DNA of 64,000 nt. It comes from an uncultured Chloroflexia bacterium. Its GTDB lineage: Bacteria > Chloroflexota > Limnocylindria > Limnocylindrales > CSP1-4. The notes below the pieces were generated by a model that saw only the letters and a list, made by a program, of their open reading frames with translations, was not told where the DNA came from and did not search any database. This document shows, piece after piece, positions 62,941 through 64,000 of the stretch (position 1 is the first letter of the stretch; each line of letters starts with the position of its first letter). The position numbers and the translations under genes were made by a program. The stretch spans positions 249,525 through 313,524 of the forward strand of contig CAWHYQ010000001.1 of the NCBI GenBank assembly GCA_963833705.1, written 5' to 3'.

Positions 62941-64000
62941 ATGTCGCGGATGCAAGTCAGCGGCGTTGACTACGGACCGGTGGTTCCTTCGGGCGTTTTC
63001 GTGCGCTCGACCGCCGGCCATGGCATCATCCCCGGCGTGATCGCTCCCCTCGAACGACGCGTCTCGCTCGTCGTCATCCTCGGGGGGATCGTCGCCTGGA
63101 CTGCGCTCCTCCTCTGGATGCCGGCGCGCTTCCCGGGGTTCGACGAGGCGAAATACCTCGGCATCGGGCTCAACATGCTCGACGGCCAGGGCCCGATCAC
63201 CGTCTTCGGCCAGTTCTTCGAGCCGCATTCGCCGCTGTGGGCGATGCTGATGGCGTTCCCGCAGGCCTGGTTCGGGCTCGATGCCTATGGCTGGGCCCAC
63301 CTCCTGGTGATCGCCTCGTCGTCGCTCGTCCTCGGGCTCGGGGCCGTCTTCGGTTGGCGCGTTCGCCCTGCCGTCGGGGCGCTGACCGTCGCCGCCATCC
63401 TGGCGTTCCCGTACGTCTTCGAACTGTCGCGTCACCTCGGCCTGGACATGTCGGTCGCCGCCCTGACGCTCGCGTATCTGCTCATCGGCGGCATCGCCGT
63501 CGGGCGTGGCTCGGTCCGCTGGGGCATAGCGACCGGGCTCACCTTCGGGTTCGCGTTCCTGGTCAAGGAGTCGATCCTGCCGGTGGCTCCGGTGCCGTTC
63601 CTGGCGGCCATCGCGGCGGGCCGTCCGGGCGCCGGCACGGCGCGGATCGCGGCCTGGACGCTGCTCACCACGGCCGTCTTGACCTCGTGGTGGTGGTGGA
63701 TGTACGCCGCGGAGACGGGTCGCGCGTATCGCTTCAACACGCCCGCCTGGACCCTCGTCCCGTTGCTCGTTGCGGTCCTCGTGGCGGCCGCGATCGGCCT
63801 GGCCTGGCCCCGCGCGATGCGGACGGTCGGGCGCCTCCCGGGGGCTGGCTGGCGATCGCGTGCGATGGCCACCATGGGGGCACCACGCCTTGGTTGGGGT
63901 CTCGCGCTCATCTGGACCGTCGTCCTCGGCGCGTTCCTGAGCCGGACCTCGGAGTTGCGCGGCTACGGTCTGGTCGATCCGGGGCAGATCGCCTTCTATG
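62941..64000 (+). CDS. GT-C fold glycosyltransferase (ArnT/PMT-like, family 39/83-type), partial, continues beyond the window
   Basis: Not in the ORF track. Translation from ATG 62941 gives 9 or more TM helices and a first-loop ARFPGFDEAKYL motif (the DE motif of PMT/ArnT-type GT-C enzymes). No stop before the window end. Confidence 0.55.
   Translation, partial: MSRMQVSGVDYGPVVPSGVFVRSTAGHGIIPGVIAPLERRVSLVVILGGIVAWTALLLWMPARFPGFDEAKYLGIGLNMLDGQGPITVFGQFFEPHSPLWAMLMAFPQAWFGLDAYGWAHLLVIASSSLVLGLGAVFGWRVRPAVGALTVAAILAFPYVFELSRHLGLDMSVAALTLAYLLIGGIAVGRGSVRWGIATGLTFGFAFLVKESILPVAPVPFLAAIAAGRPGAGTARIAAWTLLTTAVLTSWWWWMYAAETGRAYRFNTPAWTLVPLLVAVLVAAAIGLAWPRAMRTVGRLPGAGWRSRAMATMGAPRLGWGLALIWTVVLGAFLSRTSELRGYGLVDPGQIAFY

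Overview
High-GC (~70%) bacterial chromosomal window that is mostly conserved housekeeping genes; no CRISPR array, transposase, phage module or recognisable defence system was seen. Gene order is strongly Firmicute/Terrabacteria-like: thrS (with a T-box leader)–infC–rpmI–rplT–pheS–pheT–cvpA–mpg–mutS2, recA–recX–rny…ymdB-like, and miaB–miaA…hflX. Together with mutS2, RNase Y and a YerC/TrpR-like gene this points to a Chloroflexota/Deinococcota-like or deep actinobacterial lineage rather than a classical actinomycete. Other content: a partial cysS-like gene, an ABC substrate-binding protein, a DUF881–DUF881–DUF951 cluster, an MFS transporter, an asparaginase, tRNA-Val(GAC), PBP1A, tyrS, a fused his operon (yerC-like–hisG-D-C-B-H-F-IE) with hisA excised and divergent, an EF-G paralog, yebC–ruvC–ruvA, tgt, PHP and GT-C proteins. 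A 5.6 kb insertion splits ruvA from ruvB. It carries a thioredoxin-like lipoprotein plus a DsbD-N-terminal-like lipoprotein, a 1021-aa AAA/TPR/LuxR regulator, a small ORF and an Rrf2 regulator. The most striking sequence-level observation is at least 13 apparent frameshifts or lost stops in otherwise well-conserved, partly essential genes (thrS about 6, a TrmH-family gene 3 or more, and one each in DUF881, an amidohydrolase, an FAD oxidoreductase, infC, recA, miaB and miaA). Long neighbours (pheT, mutS2, PBP1A, the LAL regulator, EF-G2, the his genes) are intact. This is most parsimoniously indel sequencing or assembly error, but it must be checked before any biology is built on it. Several perfect inverted repeats in divergent promoter regions (his/yerC, rrf2/ruvB) and a lower-GC intergenic island are flagged as candidate regulatory elements or sRNA.
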